From: Eledone cirrhosa
Taxonomy: Eukaryota
Direction: 5' to 3'
DNA: 64,000 nt
Assembly: GCA_964016885.1 (NCBI GenBank)
Contig: OZ024742.1
Location: forward strand, 354,826,001-354,890,000
The stretch's first letter is position 1, and each line of letters opens with the position of its first letter. Below are positions 1-16,087 of this stretch, piece by piece. The notes beneath the pieces are model-generated. The model saw nothing but the letters and a program-made list of their open reading frames with translations, was not told where the DNA came from and did not search any database. Position numbers and translations under genes: made by a program.

Positions 1-137
1 ATTCTTTCCATTGGAAACTCTCTGAATTTCCATTCTTTTGGTTAGTGAAACCGTCGGTCACAACACTAGAACAGGTGAATATTTATATCGTATTTTAATT
101 TATTTAAAATATTGTTTAATGTTTACTTGTTTCGCTC

Positions 138-193
<56 letters not shown>

Positions 194-259
194 TCTTCCT
201 GTCTGCCTTCGGTTGCAAAGATTTTCGAAATATTTACTTCTGCGTTCAAGATGAAGCTG

Positions 260-2790
260 GAAATACCACGGGAGATATGTTTAAGGGTTTTTTTGTTCTT
301 TTTTGATACGTCAAAGTAACATTATCGAAAAGATTGTGTTATTAAAAATATAATGTTATAAAAAAAAAAGAGAGGGACAATTCTCTTTTGAACATTTGTT
401 TATGGAGTATATAAAGTGTATGAGAAAATAACCGGTTTCGATGTATTAAGATCCATATTGTCAAATTCAGTGACAAAAGTTAATTAAAATGGGAGTACAA
501 AAAGGTTTAAAATTAAAATAAAAAACGAATGTTTGAGTAAAATGTGTTCGATAATGCCTTCTGAAAAGTTGGCAGGGAATGATGCAAAGTTGTTTTGTTG
601 GCGTGATAAATGGGCTGTGACTGTTTTGTTTAATCTAGACGTCAATAGTTCAAAAGGGGGTAGGGGGTTGTGTACATAGCCCCCCCCCCCCCCCCACACA
701 CACACACATACATGTGTAGAGAGAGTGTGAGGCTGCATATACAAGAGTACACACGTGTATGCATAAATATGTATGCGTATATATGTGTAGGATTGTGTGT
801 GTTTTTACACTTTGTCTGTTCAGAAAATTGGCAAAAGTTAGCAGCTGAAATCCAAAGGATTCCCAGAATCCAAATAAATTAAAATTAAATAAGTCAAGAG
901 AGTTAAGACAATTCTTTAAAAAAACTTCAAAACATACCTTTCAAACGGAACCTTAAAATCATTCTCTCTACAAAAAAATAATTCTTAAAGAGAAATTTTC
1001 AAAAGATCCTAAAAGTTCTTTCCAAAATCGAGACACAGTGCATGCATATATATAAATGAATGAGTAAATAGATAAATACATACACGCAGAGAGAATTAAG
1101 TAAACATTTTTTCTACAAAATACCGAATATTGTCAAAAGTTAAAGGCTAAGCACCAAAGGGTCCTCAGGATCCAAAAGTGTAAACATTAGAAACAAATTC
1201 ACTGCGCGTGTGTGGGTGAAGAAACAAATGAGGGTGATTACATATTTGGTTTTGGTTTAAATTTATTAATACATAGATTTTCCTTTATCTATTATTTGTT
1301 GTTGAGTGAAAGAATCGGAGAACTTGTAATGGGGAAGAATTTTAAAGTTGGGGAGAGTCATTCCTGCACAATCTGCAATGTGGCTGCTTAAGGGGATTTT
1401 CCCGGAGATTATGTCTCGAATCGAATTTGTTGGCGATGGATTTTCATTATTTTGCGTAATGACACACGTATGTCCTATATTGTTATGTTGACAACCACCA
1501 CATGTGATTACATAGATTAGGTTCTCCGAGTTGCAAGTGAAGTTGTTTTTCACTGTGAAAGTTTGGCCATCTTTGAACATGAATGTTTGCCCTTCAATTA
1601 AGTATAGGTATGTTCGACAGTTCGTTCTTCCGCATTTTGATACCATGAGGTTGGAGATAGGTTTGTGTGTCTTTGTTCATGTGAGCATGTGTTTTAGTGT
1701 TGTTGGTTGCCTTTTGTTTTTGATGATTTTGTGTGTTTCTAGAATGTTTTTTCATTTTCTCATATTTTAATAGAATGGGGAAGTGTTTGTGTAGGAGGTC
1801 GAATATTTCGTCGGTTTTGGGGTTGAATGTGGATACATATGGTAAGGTATTGTTTGTGGTGCTGTGTTTTGGGTTGTTGGGTTGATGAACATTGGCGTGT
1901 TTGGCTTTATCTATACCGTTATTAATTATGTTAAGTGGGAAGGCTCTTAAGATCAGTGTGATTTGAGTTCATTTAGTCTTTGTTCCCGTTTAGCTGGGTC
2001 TGATACTTTGGTGCATATACGTTTGGCTACATTGAAAGGGATGTTAAGTTGTGTATGTTTTGGGTGAGTTGATGTGAATAGGAGGTACTGTTTGGAATAG
2101 ATGTGTGTCTCTATTTTTCCATCTGTTTTTAAAATGAGAATATCCAGGAAGGCTAATTCCTTGGGGTTAGATTCTATTGTGAATTGTATCTTATTGTTAA
2201 TTTTGTTAATCATATACTTGAAAAGGGTGATTGTATTTGTGTCTTCATGCCATAGAATGAAGCAATCGTCGAAGTATCTCTTCCATTTTGTTTAGATGTG
2301 TAAGGAAAGAATCTCCGAATAATAGAAGGGAATGTTTGTAGATTTGTTGTGCGTGAAATCCCATGACTAAGTTAGCGCATGTGGGAGCTGCTTTGTGCCC
2401 ATTGCAGTTCCTTAAATGTGCTGGTATGTTTAGTCATTGAATATACACAAATTATTCTGTTAGATAAATCAGAGTCCATCAATAAAGAAGTGTTTTGTTG
2501 ATGCATGGTGGTTTTTCTGATTGGAGAGAGTCTAGCCAAAACTGGATTGTTGTTATTCCATAGTTATGGGGTATGTTAGTGTAGACATTTATTACGTCGA
2601 AGGAAACTAGAATAGTGTTTTCACATACAGTTTTGGGTAGTTGGTTCAGTATATCCAGGTCATCTCGTATGTAACTCTATATATGTTATAGAAACGGCTT
2701 CAGTAGGATGGCCAAGATGTTGCTAAGTCTGCGGGTTTCACATGATGGGCCTGCTTAATTGGTCTGAGTGTTAAGTCTTCTGGTGGTGTC
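260..2790 (-). mobile_element. Degraded Neptune-like Penelope retroelement (RT, C-terminal GIY-YIG, 3' UTR/pLTR with HHR)
   Basis: Fragmented ORFs: IQFTIESNPKELAFLDILI...HPKHTQLNIPFNVAKRIC (RT thumb, 1953-2213) and NNFTCNSENLIYVITCGGCQHNNIGHT (GIY-YIG, 1266-1646). Multiple stops and frameshifts. 3' boundary approximate. Confidence 0.85.
427..467 (-). ncRNA. Type I hammerhead ribozyme, U3-A8 core variant
   Basis: Minus strand: AAT TTGACAA TATG..CATC GAAA CCGG TT ATT. Stem I AAT/ATT, palindromic stem III, GUU site. Confidence 0.65.
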
Positions 2791-2791
2791 A

Positions 2792-2836
<45 letters not shown>

Positions 2837-2992
2837 TGGTTATTTCCCTACTCCTGACAGATGTGTAAGGGCACCGTATTAATATGATATCCTTCTGAGA
2901 CGTTCTAACCCTGACGGAACCCAATATATCTCTCTCTCTCTGTTTCTATCTCCCTCTCGCTCCCCCTCTCAATCTCCCCCTCTTTCTGTATA

Positions 2993-3046
<54 letters not shown>

Positions 3047-3049
<3 letters not shown>

Positions 3050-3285
3050 ATAGTAATAAATGTGAAGACTAAAATCCAAAGAGGGCTCGATAAGGATAAA
3101 TATATATCAAATATACAAGAACCCTAAAGCAAATATTTATTAAAATAACAGATTAAAGTGTGAGCAAAGAATCGCTGCTTTCACCCTTAACGAGATCTTC
3201 TGAAACTAAGGTTAGTTTCAGAAGATCCCGTTAAGGGTGAAAGCAGAGATTCTTTGCTTAAACTTTAATCTGTTATTTTAATAAA

Positions 3286-3290
<5 letters not shown>
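3047..3290. mobile_element. Palindromic PLE pLTR cassette (family N) between (TA)n tracts
   Basis: Arms 3132-3209 and 3212-3290 are reverse complements around a 2-nt GG apex. Same family at 190-250, 33961-34046, 48518-48970, 55645-56365, 60845-61260 and 62690-62770. Confidence 0.85.
3214..3264 (+). ncRNA. Type I hammerhead ribozyme, U4A core variant (family N)
   Basis: AGTTT CAGAAGA TCCC GTTAA GGGT GAAA GCAGAG ATT CTTTGC TT AAACT: 5-bp stem I, stem II, 6-bp stem III, CUU site. Minus-strand copies at 3157-3207, 48628-48678 and 60863-60913. Confidence 0.7.
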
Positions 3291-3833
<543 letters not shown>

Positions 3834-3873
3834 CAATAACAAAGAACGCCTATAGAATATGCATATCTTTACT

Positions 3874-3919
3874 TGCTAACATTGTTTCATCCGCACTATA
3901 AGTGGGACTCATCAGAGCA
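3874..3919 (-). ncRNA. Canonical type I hammerhead ribozyme
   Basis: Reverse complement of 5890-5935. Confidence 0.88.
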
Positions 3920-5889
3920 TAAAGGTTAATTACATACCACACAAGCAATAACAAATCCAAGACATTGAAGAAATAAAGAATGAAAAATAATAAAAGATAA
4001 AAGATATTGAGGAAGTAAAAATAAAAATAATAATAAACATTGAAAAATAAACAATGAAAAATAATTGAAAAATAAGGGGTGCTATCAGTCACAGTTGGGC
4101 GGGGTGCTGTCAACATATAGTTACATACAAGCATACACATGGATAAGAGAACAGACAAGCATACAAGCATACACATGGATAAGAGAACAGACAAGAATAG
4201 ATAAGATAGATAGGATTAGGTAAGAGTAGATAAAAAATAGGTGAAAAATAGGTAAAAAATAGACTTATAATAAATATAAGAAAATATAAAAAAACATACA
4301 TATAAAATATAAAATATACAGATAATAGTGATACAGGGTAAGGAATGAAATAAAATAGAATAAAATAATATAAGATTAAAATTAAAATTATATAAAATAG
4401 AATATAATATAATATAATAATAAAATAAGATAAAATAAAATAAAATAAAATAAACTAAAATAAAATAAAATAAACTAAAATGAAATAATATAATATAAGA
4501 TATAATTAAATAAATAAAATTAGATAAATAAAATTAAATAAAATGAAATGAAATAAAATAAAATAAAATAAAATAATGTAAATTGAGATAAGATATATAT
4601 TTTTTTAGAATATATTTCTTGAATATATCAGGGGCCCACGAAGGCACTAAGTGTCACAGTTATCAGTATCACTTGACCATTGCAATGCAATGGAGACGTC
4701 CCAGGTTGGGCAGTCTCAAAAGTTCACTCGAAAGTCACGGGTGTGCATTCACACAGTTGAGCGGTGGGGTAATCACAAACCGGTTCATACCCGGGCAGGA
4801 GTCCAATGGTCAACAGAGGTACATCGAAGGAAGGTAGGAGAATTCACGTGCAGCAGCAAGAGGCAGACAGGTGGGCCGAAAGCAAGCAGGTGCAGGCGGG
4901 CTAGCCGAAAGTAAGCAGACACAGTTGGGTCAGGCGGGTTAATATGCATACTCAACAGCGCATACAAAATATATATAAAAAATAATACATATATAAAAAA
5001 TAGCTTCGATGTACCTCTGTTGAGCATTGGACTCCTGCCCGGGTGTGAACCGGTTTGTGATTACCCCACCGCTCAACTGTGTGAATGCACACCCGTGACG
5101 TTCGAGGGAACTTTTGAGACTGCCCAACCTGGGACGTCTCCATTGCATTGCAATGGTCAAGTGATACTAATAACTGTGACACTTAGTGCCTTCGTGGGCC
5201 CCTGATATATTCAAGAAATATATTCTAAAAAAATATATATCTTATCTCAATTTACTTTATTTTATTTTATTTTATTTTATTGCATTTCATTTTATTTAAT
5301 TTTATTCATCTAATTTTATTTATTTAATTATATCTTATATTATATTATTTCATTTTAGTTTATTTTATTTTATTTTAGTTTATTTTATTTTATTTTATTT
5401 TATCTTATTTTATTATTATATTATATTATATTCTATTTTATATAATTTTAATTTTAATCTTATATTATTTTATTCTATTTTATTTCATTCCTTACCCTGT
5501 ATCACTATTATCTGTATATTTTATATTTTATATGTATGTTTTTTTATATTTTCTTATATATATTATAAGTCTATTTTTTACCTATTTTTCACCTATTTTT
5601 TATCTACACTTACCTAATCCTGTCTATCTCATCTATTCTTGTCTGTTCTCTTATCCATGTGTATGCTTGTATGTAACTATATGTTGACAACACCCCGCCC
5701 AACTGTGACTGATAGCACCCCTTATTTTTCAATTATTTTTCATTGTTTATTTTTCAATGTTTATTTTTATTTTTATTTTTATTTTTATTTTTACTTCCTC
5801 AATATCTTTTATCTTTTATTATTTTTCATTCTTTATTTCTTCAATGTCTTGGATTTGTTATTGCTTGTGTGGTATGTAATTAACCTTTA

Positions 5890-5935
5890 TGCTCTGATGA
5901 GTCCCACTTATAGTGCGGATGAAACAATGTTAGCA
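5890..5935 (+). ncRNA. Canonical type I hammerhead ribozyme
   Basis: TGCT CTGATGA GTCC cacttatagtgc GGAT GAAA CAATG TT AGCA. All core bases intact. Predicted cleavage after 5931. Confidence 0.88.
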
Positions 5936-6069
5936 AGTAAAGATATGCATATGCTATAGGCGTTCTTTGTTATTGATTATATCACGGCTCTGTCCTCAGA
6001 CATCGAGCTAACCTTATACTGCCTGTTGGATAAGTGGAGTATTATACACCCCTGATCCTCTCCCTAGTA

Positions 6070-6111
<42 letters not shown>

Positions 6112-6115
<4 letters not shown>

Positions 6116-7400
6116 GTAGAACATGTGTAATAAGGCCAAGACAATGCAGATATGGACATAGAAAAAAGAATGCAATAGTGAGAGATATTGATGAGAATTC
6201 GTCTTTCACCTGGAATTTATTTAAATGTCCTTAATTTTCGAGATAATATCTCTTCTTCGGAGGGAAGTAAAAGTCTCAGACCAGCGTCTGAAATTTCCAA
6301 TGAAGCCATGCTGACCGGAAATAGTATAGAGTTCTAACTTTAATATCAAAGAATTAAAATTAGGTGGGTAAACAGTAGTCTCCCTTTAAGAGGGGTTTGT
6401 TTATGTTTTTGTTGTGTTTTTTTAATTTTATATGCGTGCCTGTATATGTGTGTGGGAGAAAGCATGAAGGTGTAGGTATGTGGGTGTGTGTGTGTGAGTG
6501 TGGGAAGATAGGTCTAATCGTAAAAGTGAGGGGTAGGTGTTATCTAGTGTTAGAACTGGTTTTGTGTGTGTATGTGTGAGAGAGAATAAGTGGAGGTGTG
6601 CGCGTGCGTGTGTGTGGGGTGCGTAAAGTGGGGCTAGAGGCCCTATCAGGTTATAAATTGGGTGTTGAGCTCTAGTCTATTATTGATTGGTGGATGTGTT
6701 CTATCTATAATGAGTGCTTCCTTGATTCTAAGATTGCCGAGGTTTCTTTCTTTATTTTCTATCCTAACTGTTATGTTTTTATCAGTGTTTTTGCATTTAA
6801 CTAGGTGTTTCTTAAATGAGGAAGCGTTAGTATTGAGGTGTTCTTTTATTCTTATGTGGAGTGGTCTGGTGGTGCTACCTACGTAGAAGTTGTTGCATTT
6901 GTCACACTCTAGTCTGTAAACTACGTAAGCCTGGTGGCATAGGTCTGTGTCGTTGATGGGGCAGTTGGCTAGTCTGCAGCAGTTGTCATGTCTGGTGGAG
7001 TGTCTCTTAGCTAGCCGTCCACGCAAAGAAGGACCCGAATGGGCCAGTTGAATATCCAGACCTTCTCATCTGATGGTTCTGCGGATGGCTGTTGTTGTTT
7101 CTTCACTGAAGTGTGGGAGCTTCAGGAAGCAAGTGTTAGTGCCTCGGGTGTGGTGTCCTCTGTTCTTTCTGGCACGGTTTGTGGTGGATGTCGTGTATCC
7201 GTTCAGTCCGAAGAGGAGATATTATCTCGAAAATTAAGGACATTTAAATAAATTCCAGGTGAAAGACGAATTCCCATCAATATCTCTCACTATTGCATTC
7301 TTTTTTCTATGTCCATATCTGCATTGTCTTGGCCTTATTACACATATTCTAACGTTTATACCTCATTACACAATGCTTCAAGTGAACTATAACCTCCTCC

Positions 7401-7401
<1 letters not shown>
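6112..7401 (-). mobile_element. 5'-truncated Poseidon/Penelope-like PLE (GIY-YIG only) with inverted pLTR
   Basis: ORF 6646-7026 VVYRLECDKCNNFYVGSTTRPLHIRIKEH...LRIKEALII. pLTR 6112-6261 is inverted at 7207-7358. (TA)n on both sides. Confidence 0.9.
6229..6263 (-). ncRNA. Minimal type I hammerhead, U4C core variant
   Basis: CCT CCGAAGA A GAGAT ATT ATCTC GAAA AT TA AGG. Copies at 7207-7239 (+), 55014-55048 (+) and 10588-10622 (-, core GTGAAGA). Confidence 0.65.
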
Positions 7402-9751
<2,350 letters not shown>

Positions 9752-9928
9752 TATATACATATATATACACACAAATGAAGTATTTCCGTAGGAAGGATAA
9801 AGGAAAAGAGAGTGCACTATGTAGGCTATATGTATATATATATATATAAACACACACATACAAAAGCAGACACACACACCCATACACACACATAGACACA
9901 CACACACACACACATACATATATATATA

Positions 9929-10029
<101 letters not shown>

Positions 10030-10051
10030 ATATATTTATATACAGATATAC

Positions 10052-10082
<31 letters not shown>

Positions 10083-10365
10083 TGCACACACACACACACT
10101 TAACACTAGCAGAAAGCAAAAGAGAGCGTCGGACAGAATTATGAACTTGTATTTAAAAACTAATATTTTTTTCTTCTCCATTTTATTATTATTCAAATAA
10201 ATATACAATTTATCTGTACTTTTACACTTCCATCGTTGAAAATGCATTTAAAGTTGAAACCGTTACACGATTAAATGCGGAAAGCCCCACTTTATAAATA
10301 AATGTTTGAATATGACAGGAACAAATCCATCCATTATTTACTACTGTATTTTATTGCTTTTACTA

Positions 10366-10425
<60 letters not shown>

Positions 10426-10428
<3 letters not shown>

Positions 10429-12889
10429 AGGAGGTTATAGTTCACTTGAAGCATTGTGTAATGAGGTATAAACGTTTGAATATGTGTAATAAAGCCAAAA
10501 CAATGCAGGTATGGACATAGAAAAAAGAATGCAATTGTAAAGGATATTGTTGACAATTCGTCCTTTACCTTAGAATTATTTAAATGTCCTTAATTTTCGA
10601 GATAATATCTCTTCTTCACAGTGAAATAAAGGTCTCAAACCAGCGTTCTAAATATCTTGCCAAGCCATGCTGACAGGAAATAGTATAGAGTATCTGTTCT
10701 ATCTCTAATGTCAAAGAGTTAAACTTAGGTGGATAAAGAGTAGTCTGCCTTTAAAAGGGGTTTGTTTAGGTTTTTTTTTTTTTTTTAATATTTTATATAC
10801 ATGCCTGTATAAGTGTGTGGGTGAATGCATGAAGGTGTAAGTATGTGAGTGTGTGTTTGTGAGTGTGAGAAGATAAGTCTATTCGTAAATGTGGGGGATA
10901 GGTGTTATCTGGTGTTAGAACTGGTTATGTGTGTGTATGTGTGAGAGAGAATAAGTGGAGGTGTAAGCGTGTGTGTGTGCGCGTGCGTGTGTGTGTGGGG
11001 GGGGTGTAAATATGGGGCCGGAAGCCCTATCAGGTTATAAATTGGGTGTTGAGTTCTAGTCTATTATTGATTGGTGGTTGTGTTTTATCTATAATTAGTG
11101 CTTCCTTAATTCTAAGATTACCGAGGTTTCTTTCCTTAGTTTCTATCCTAACTGTTATGGTTCTGTCGGTGTTTTTGCATTTAGCTAGGTGTTTCTTAAA
11201 TGAGGAAGCGTTAGTATTGAGGTGTTCTTTTATTCTTATGTGGAGTGGTCTGGTGGTGCTACCTACGTAGAAGTTGTTGCATTTGTCACACTCTAGTCTG
11301 TATACGACGTAAGCCTGGTGGCATAGGTCTGTGTCGTTGATGGGGCAGTTGGCTAGTCTGCAGCAGTTGTCATGTCTGGTGGAGTGTCTCTTGGCCAGCC
11401 GTCCGCACATAGAAGGACCCGAGTGGGCCAGTTGGATATCCAGTCCCTCTCGTCTGATGGCTCTACGGATGGCTGTTGTTGTTTCTTCACTGAAGTGTGG
11501 GAGCTTCAGGAAGCAAGTGTTATTGCCTCGGGTGTGGTGTCCTCTGTTCTTTCTGGCACGGTTTGTGGTGGATGCCGTGTATACGTTCAGTTTGAGTACT
11601 TCCAGAAAATGAGTGGTGTGTGTATCTCGGTCTCTAGCGTCGGTGCATTTGTTCCGGATACATGCTAGTTCGTTCCTTATGTATCCGAACTTGGCACCGA
11701 GTGGGAGGGCCGATCCGAAATGTAAGAACAGGTCCCTGCTAGCGGCTTTTTTTATAGAATCAGGTGTGGATGTTGCCTTCCTCCGTTACCCTGAGTTGGA
11801 AGTCCAGTAGGGATAGGGATCCGCGGTCATCGGGGTGTTCCATGCTGAACTTTATACTGGCGTCCTTGCTGGAGAATGTTGTGTATATTTTATCTGCCTC
11901 CTCACGGGATGATGTAAGGATGAGTATGTCATCTACATATCGGGTGAAGAAGGCATGGGAATGGCAGGTGTTGAGGGCTCGGCATTCTAGCTGGTTCATG
12001 TAGGTGATGGCCAGCAGGCCCGATAGGCTGGATCCCATGGGTAATCCTGTTGTCTGTCTGTATGTGTCGTGGTGGAAGGTGAAGTACGTGTTTTCTACTG
12101 TGAAGGACACAAGCTGGTGTATGTCCGTCGGGTGGAGGCCGTAGCAGTGAATGTCCTCTGCGACCACGCAGTCCGTCAATAAATCGACAGCTGAATGAGC
12201 GGGGACTGTAGTGTAGAGGGGGACAACGTCGAGGCTAAAAGCGTATTTATTTAGTTTAAGTTGTTCTGGCTGGAGTTGGTGTAGTCTACGTATGACTTCG
12301 TCGGAGCTACTGACATGCCTGGGAAAGGTGGAGAGTAGAGGCTTGAGGACCTGGGAGAGGAGCCAGGAAATTTTGTATAGGGGTCCTTCTATGCTAGAGA
12401 CGATGGGTCTTATTTGCGTCTTAGTACTATTCTTGTGGGTCTTGATGATGTGGTAGAAAGTGGGCAGTCTGCTATTTCTAGTGGTGTAGTTGAGCTTAAC
12501 TTTATTTGGGAGTTGTCTTCTATTCCAACTAGATCGCCCACTCCGTCCACCGCCTGCCAACCGCGAGCTTGAAGAAAAACTCTCGAGACTAAAACATTCC
12601 GTATTTAACATCTTACGGAAACAGAAGAAGACAGCCCCAAACCTCTCCAGGACACAACAACCCGCCCTGAAGAACCTACGGAATAGGGAACTTATATACT
12701 TACCATCCGACAAAGGTAAAGAGTTTTGCGTCATCTCTCAAGCCACATACAATAACCTAGCCTTTGAACACCTTAGCGACAGTGAATTATACACAGTGAT
12801 CCCGGACATGACAGCAGCCCTGATCGAAAAACAGACCAACTCCATTTGGTTCGATATCTGTAGGAGAAGACAACTCCCAAATAAAGTTA
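10426..12889 (-). mobile_element. Poseidon/Penelope-like PLE with 5' inversion
   Basis: RT (KTHK, IRPIVS, SLDVVPLYT, GLPMGS, RYVDD, SLLDF) 11760-12520 and GIY-YIG 11030-11410 on minus. The upstream N-terminal part (PSDKGKEFCVIS) is on plus at ~12521-12889. pLTR 10426-10630. Confidence 0.92.
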
Positions 12890-12947
12890 TGGATGAAAGG
12901 CAAAGTAAACCTCGGCGGGATTTGAACTCAGACCGTAAATGGACGTA
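12890..12947 (-). mobile_element. Internal tRNA-SINE fragment fused to the PLE inversion end
   Basis: ggatgaaaggcaaagtaaacctcggcgggatttgaactcag matches the SINEs at 15423 and 47668. Confidence 0.8.
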
Positions 12948-13217
12948 ATATATATATATATAACGGCGATGAATTAGTTTTCGCCGTGATGGCATTAGCT
13001 TGTGCCAAGCTGAAAGGTTATTGAAATACACTGTTTTCTGTTATATAAAAATTACAATAACAACAGAACAAATCCGCTTCTTAAAACACTGTGTTTCCTT
13101 CAAAATATACACAACAAACAAATCAAAACAGGTAAATAATGTATTATTTTAAAAAAAATTAATAAAAAAAGAAAAAATGGCGTAGGCATACAATACAACA
13201 GGAGGAAACATAATAGC

Positions 13218-13258
13218 ACCACTGACGATGTTGTAGATGTGCAACGAAAGAACTTTGT
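13218..13258 (+). ncRNA. Hammerhead motif with weak stems I/III
   Basis: CTGACGA TGTTG..CAAC GAAA GAAC TT. Core and stem II intact. Confidence 0.5.
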
Positions 13259-13289
13259 TAGACCATATATATGTGTTTGTGTCTATACT

Positions 13290-13453
13290 ATATCTGTATT
13301 TTTGACCGTTGGTCAGTCAATGGTAACATTGAGGACCGAATAAATTAAATTAACAGATATAAAAGACAGAAGCGAAAACCAGCCAAACAGTGAGTGCGTT
13401 CTATTATTAATTCTGGCAATATTATTACACAAATATGACCCTCCCCAAGTATG

Positions 13454-13458
<5 letters not shown>
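13290..13458. repeat. Dispersed ~170-bp repeat next to (TA)n
   Basis: Similar copies at 25350-25525 (same orientation) and 50265-50410 (inverted). Confidence 0.8.
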
Positions 13459-13494
<36 letters not shown>

Positions 13495-14057
13495 GCCTCT
13501 GAGCGTAAGCATATCCTTCTGTGGCCAATATTAAAATTCGGTGCTAAGACGTCACTGAGCTGGATCAGACATAACATTTCGTCTACAGATTGAAATGTTA
13601 TACAGGTCCAATGTTCTTGGGTAACACAAATGAGAATATTGTCCGTGCTTTCTTCTTTAAATTAAGGGCCATTATATATAGGAAACATAATTCATATGAA
13701 ACATATATATTTCTGCTTCTTGGAATTAGTCATAATCTCATGCTGAATTGGTTTCGGCTCTCAGTCATTGCTATTTCCTTCATATAGGTAAATAAACACT
13801 GAATATTGTTTTCCGACGTTTCACATACAACCCCTCCACCCCCCACACACACACTCTGAAGACAATAGCACTAATCATTACTTCTAAGGTTCTACTATGT
13901 TTGAATAGTCAATCAAGTAGTAAATGTATATGTATGAATGTACATCATTTGATATCCTCATATACACATTACTATATACATTACATTGTATTTAGTACGT
14001 TTGTTGGGAGGAAATGTTATTTATTGGTATCCTAATGTTGCAATTGTTTGTGTGCAG

Positions 14058-14095
14058 GAGACACCACCTTCAACTAATAGTGCAACTAACGATAA
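14058..14095 (+). CDS. Candidate short host exon (ETPPSTNSATND)
   Basis: tgtgcAG acceptor, weak GTtaat donor. Ends in phase 2, compatible with the exon at 14515. Confidence 0.3.
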
Positions 14096-14514
14096 GTTAA
14101 TTCCACATCGAATAAAATAAAGAGACTCTCAATAATTTCCCGTCCCTGCTTTAACACTTCATGTCCGTAAATGTTTGGAGTGACGAATTCCTCCTCGTGT
14201 CTCTATACACTGCATGAGGTTATATTCACAAAATACAATCGAAGACAACGAAATAGTTTATTCAGAAATATTACGTTGTCAGGTTTTCGTTAATATTAAA
14301 TAATCTCTTCTGACGCCAGTCCCTACCAAACGTGTTTCAGAATCTACTGTTTCATATATATTAGGACTATTCTACATACTGATATATATAGTTACTGCTG
14401 TTGCTGCTGTTGTTACTGTTATTGGTATAGTTGATGCGGGTGTTATTATTACTGCTGCTGTTACTTTTGTCTAACTCCGTCAATTTCACTCTCTTCATCT
14501 CTCACTATTAAAAG

Positions 14515-14668
14515 CACATGGGCACACAGACACTGGCCACTCTGTGGCTCAGGTGGACAGAATAAAGAAGGAGTTTCCCCGAGGGAGGAGGATGAAAAGA
14601 CGTGTTGCAATAGCCTTTCCAGCTGGCGAGGCTCATATCTGCGTCTAGCTAACTCCATGCCGAATGTG
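14515..14668 (+). CDS. Candidate host exon (TWAHRHWPLCGSGG...SWRGSYLRLANSMPNV)
   Basis: Pyrimidine tract + AG, GTGAGT donor, open 51-codon frame in unique GC-richer sequence. Phase 2 to phase 0. Confidence 0.55.
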
Positions 14669-15422
14669 GTGAGTAGAGATGTGGTCCTAAGGTCAAGAAT
14701 ACCAGATGTCTCCACTGATATTGTAACTATATACTTTAGTGTTATTTCTATATTGTATCTCATAGGTGTTCAGACTTAATATGCGTAAGTGAATTTCAAT
14801 AGCCATGCAAATATACCTAATGTCCACAAACACACACATGAGTCGTTTCTTGTGGTTTTAGGGATGTTGTGTTTAGCTTGTCATTGGTTGTTTCTAATAT
14901 ATTTATTTGTACTTTTTTACAGTAGTATTTAAATGAGTTTATTATTCACGGTTATATAAATAACATTACACCTGTCTTGTAATCTGTTAGCCTGAGATCA
15001 ACTAATAGTTTGGATGTTAAATGTAGTGAAATGGCAAATATATTTCATTAGATGTAACAGACCAATCCAAATAATTTTAGATCTCATTACCAACCTAGAA
15101 GTTCAACGATGTATAGAAAATATAAGCCTCACAGGAAAATACAATTGTGGTGTTTCACACCACAATTGTATTTTAGTACAATACTTTAGTTTGGAAATAA
15201 TGAGGGGGGCCGAATAATGTAACACCATTTTTACGATTCAGGAAGCATCAGACTAAAACGTCAGAAGAATAAAGATGGACTGTATCAGTAAAAATAAAAT
15301 TAGAAACATTGGAACTAGTTTGGATGGTGTGGTAAAAGAATACCCTATGGTATGGGGAGATAATTCAAAGGTGAAGTGTCACATATTAAAATCAAATATG
15401 TTTGTCACTCATGCCAAATTAT

Positions 15423-15609
15423 AATTGTTTTTACGTTTGACACAAGGCCAACAATCACCCAGTACATTACTGGTACTTTATTTTATCGACCTAGTTAAGA
15501 TGAAAGGCAAAGTTAACCTCGGCGGGATTTAAATTCGGTCGGTAAATGGATGTAACCGTGGTGCAAAGCATTGCGTCCGACCCTCTACTGATACTGCCAA
15601 TCCACCACC
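15423..15609 (-). mobile_element. tRNA-derived SINE (octopod type)
   Basis: A box TGGCAGTATCAG, degenerate B box, core CCTTTCATC..GTCGATAAAATAAAGTACCAG, tail GGCCTTGTGTCAAACGTAAAAACAATTAT. Confidence 0.85.
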
Positions 15610-15778
15610 ATTCATGACAAATTATAATATGTACCTGAAGACAAAATGGTGAAGATGAGATGTGTAACTTAGGCTAATATCAAATAAAATTCAATGCATT
15701 TTATTATATTTTTACGTTACGAAACAAAAAAAAAATATATATATATTAAAGCACATTTAGTCCTGGAACCGATATATA

Positions 15779-15976
15779 GAAGGGTCGGTTGAAAAGATCA
15801 TAGGCTGACTACTAAGAAGAGATGCAAAGCTGTGAAATATTCCATGCATTATTAACAATACTTCTTACTAATAAATACATTGATTCTATCTAGATGCCAA
15901 ATTCAAAAATAAACCTCATTTGATCAATGCATGACAATTTATTGGCCAACCGAACGAACATTTCAGCTGTACTTTG
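15779..15976. mobile_element. Degenerate mariner-type MITE
   Basis: TA-flanked. Left end GAAGGGTCGGTTGAAAAGATC, imperfect inverted right end GAACATTTCAGCTGTACTTTG. Confidence 0.5.
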
Positions 15977-16087
15977 TAATGCTTGTGGAAGCAGATATAT
16001 TTCAATTACATACATAATATGCGAACACAATTGAGTTTACGCAATCATGTTTTTTAATCATATATATATATATAAATATATAAATAG

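Noticed and set aside
4619-5205. Short ORFs inside the large hairpin
   Set aside because: No recognisable domain, and they are mirrored only because of the inverted repeat.
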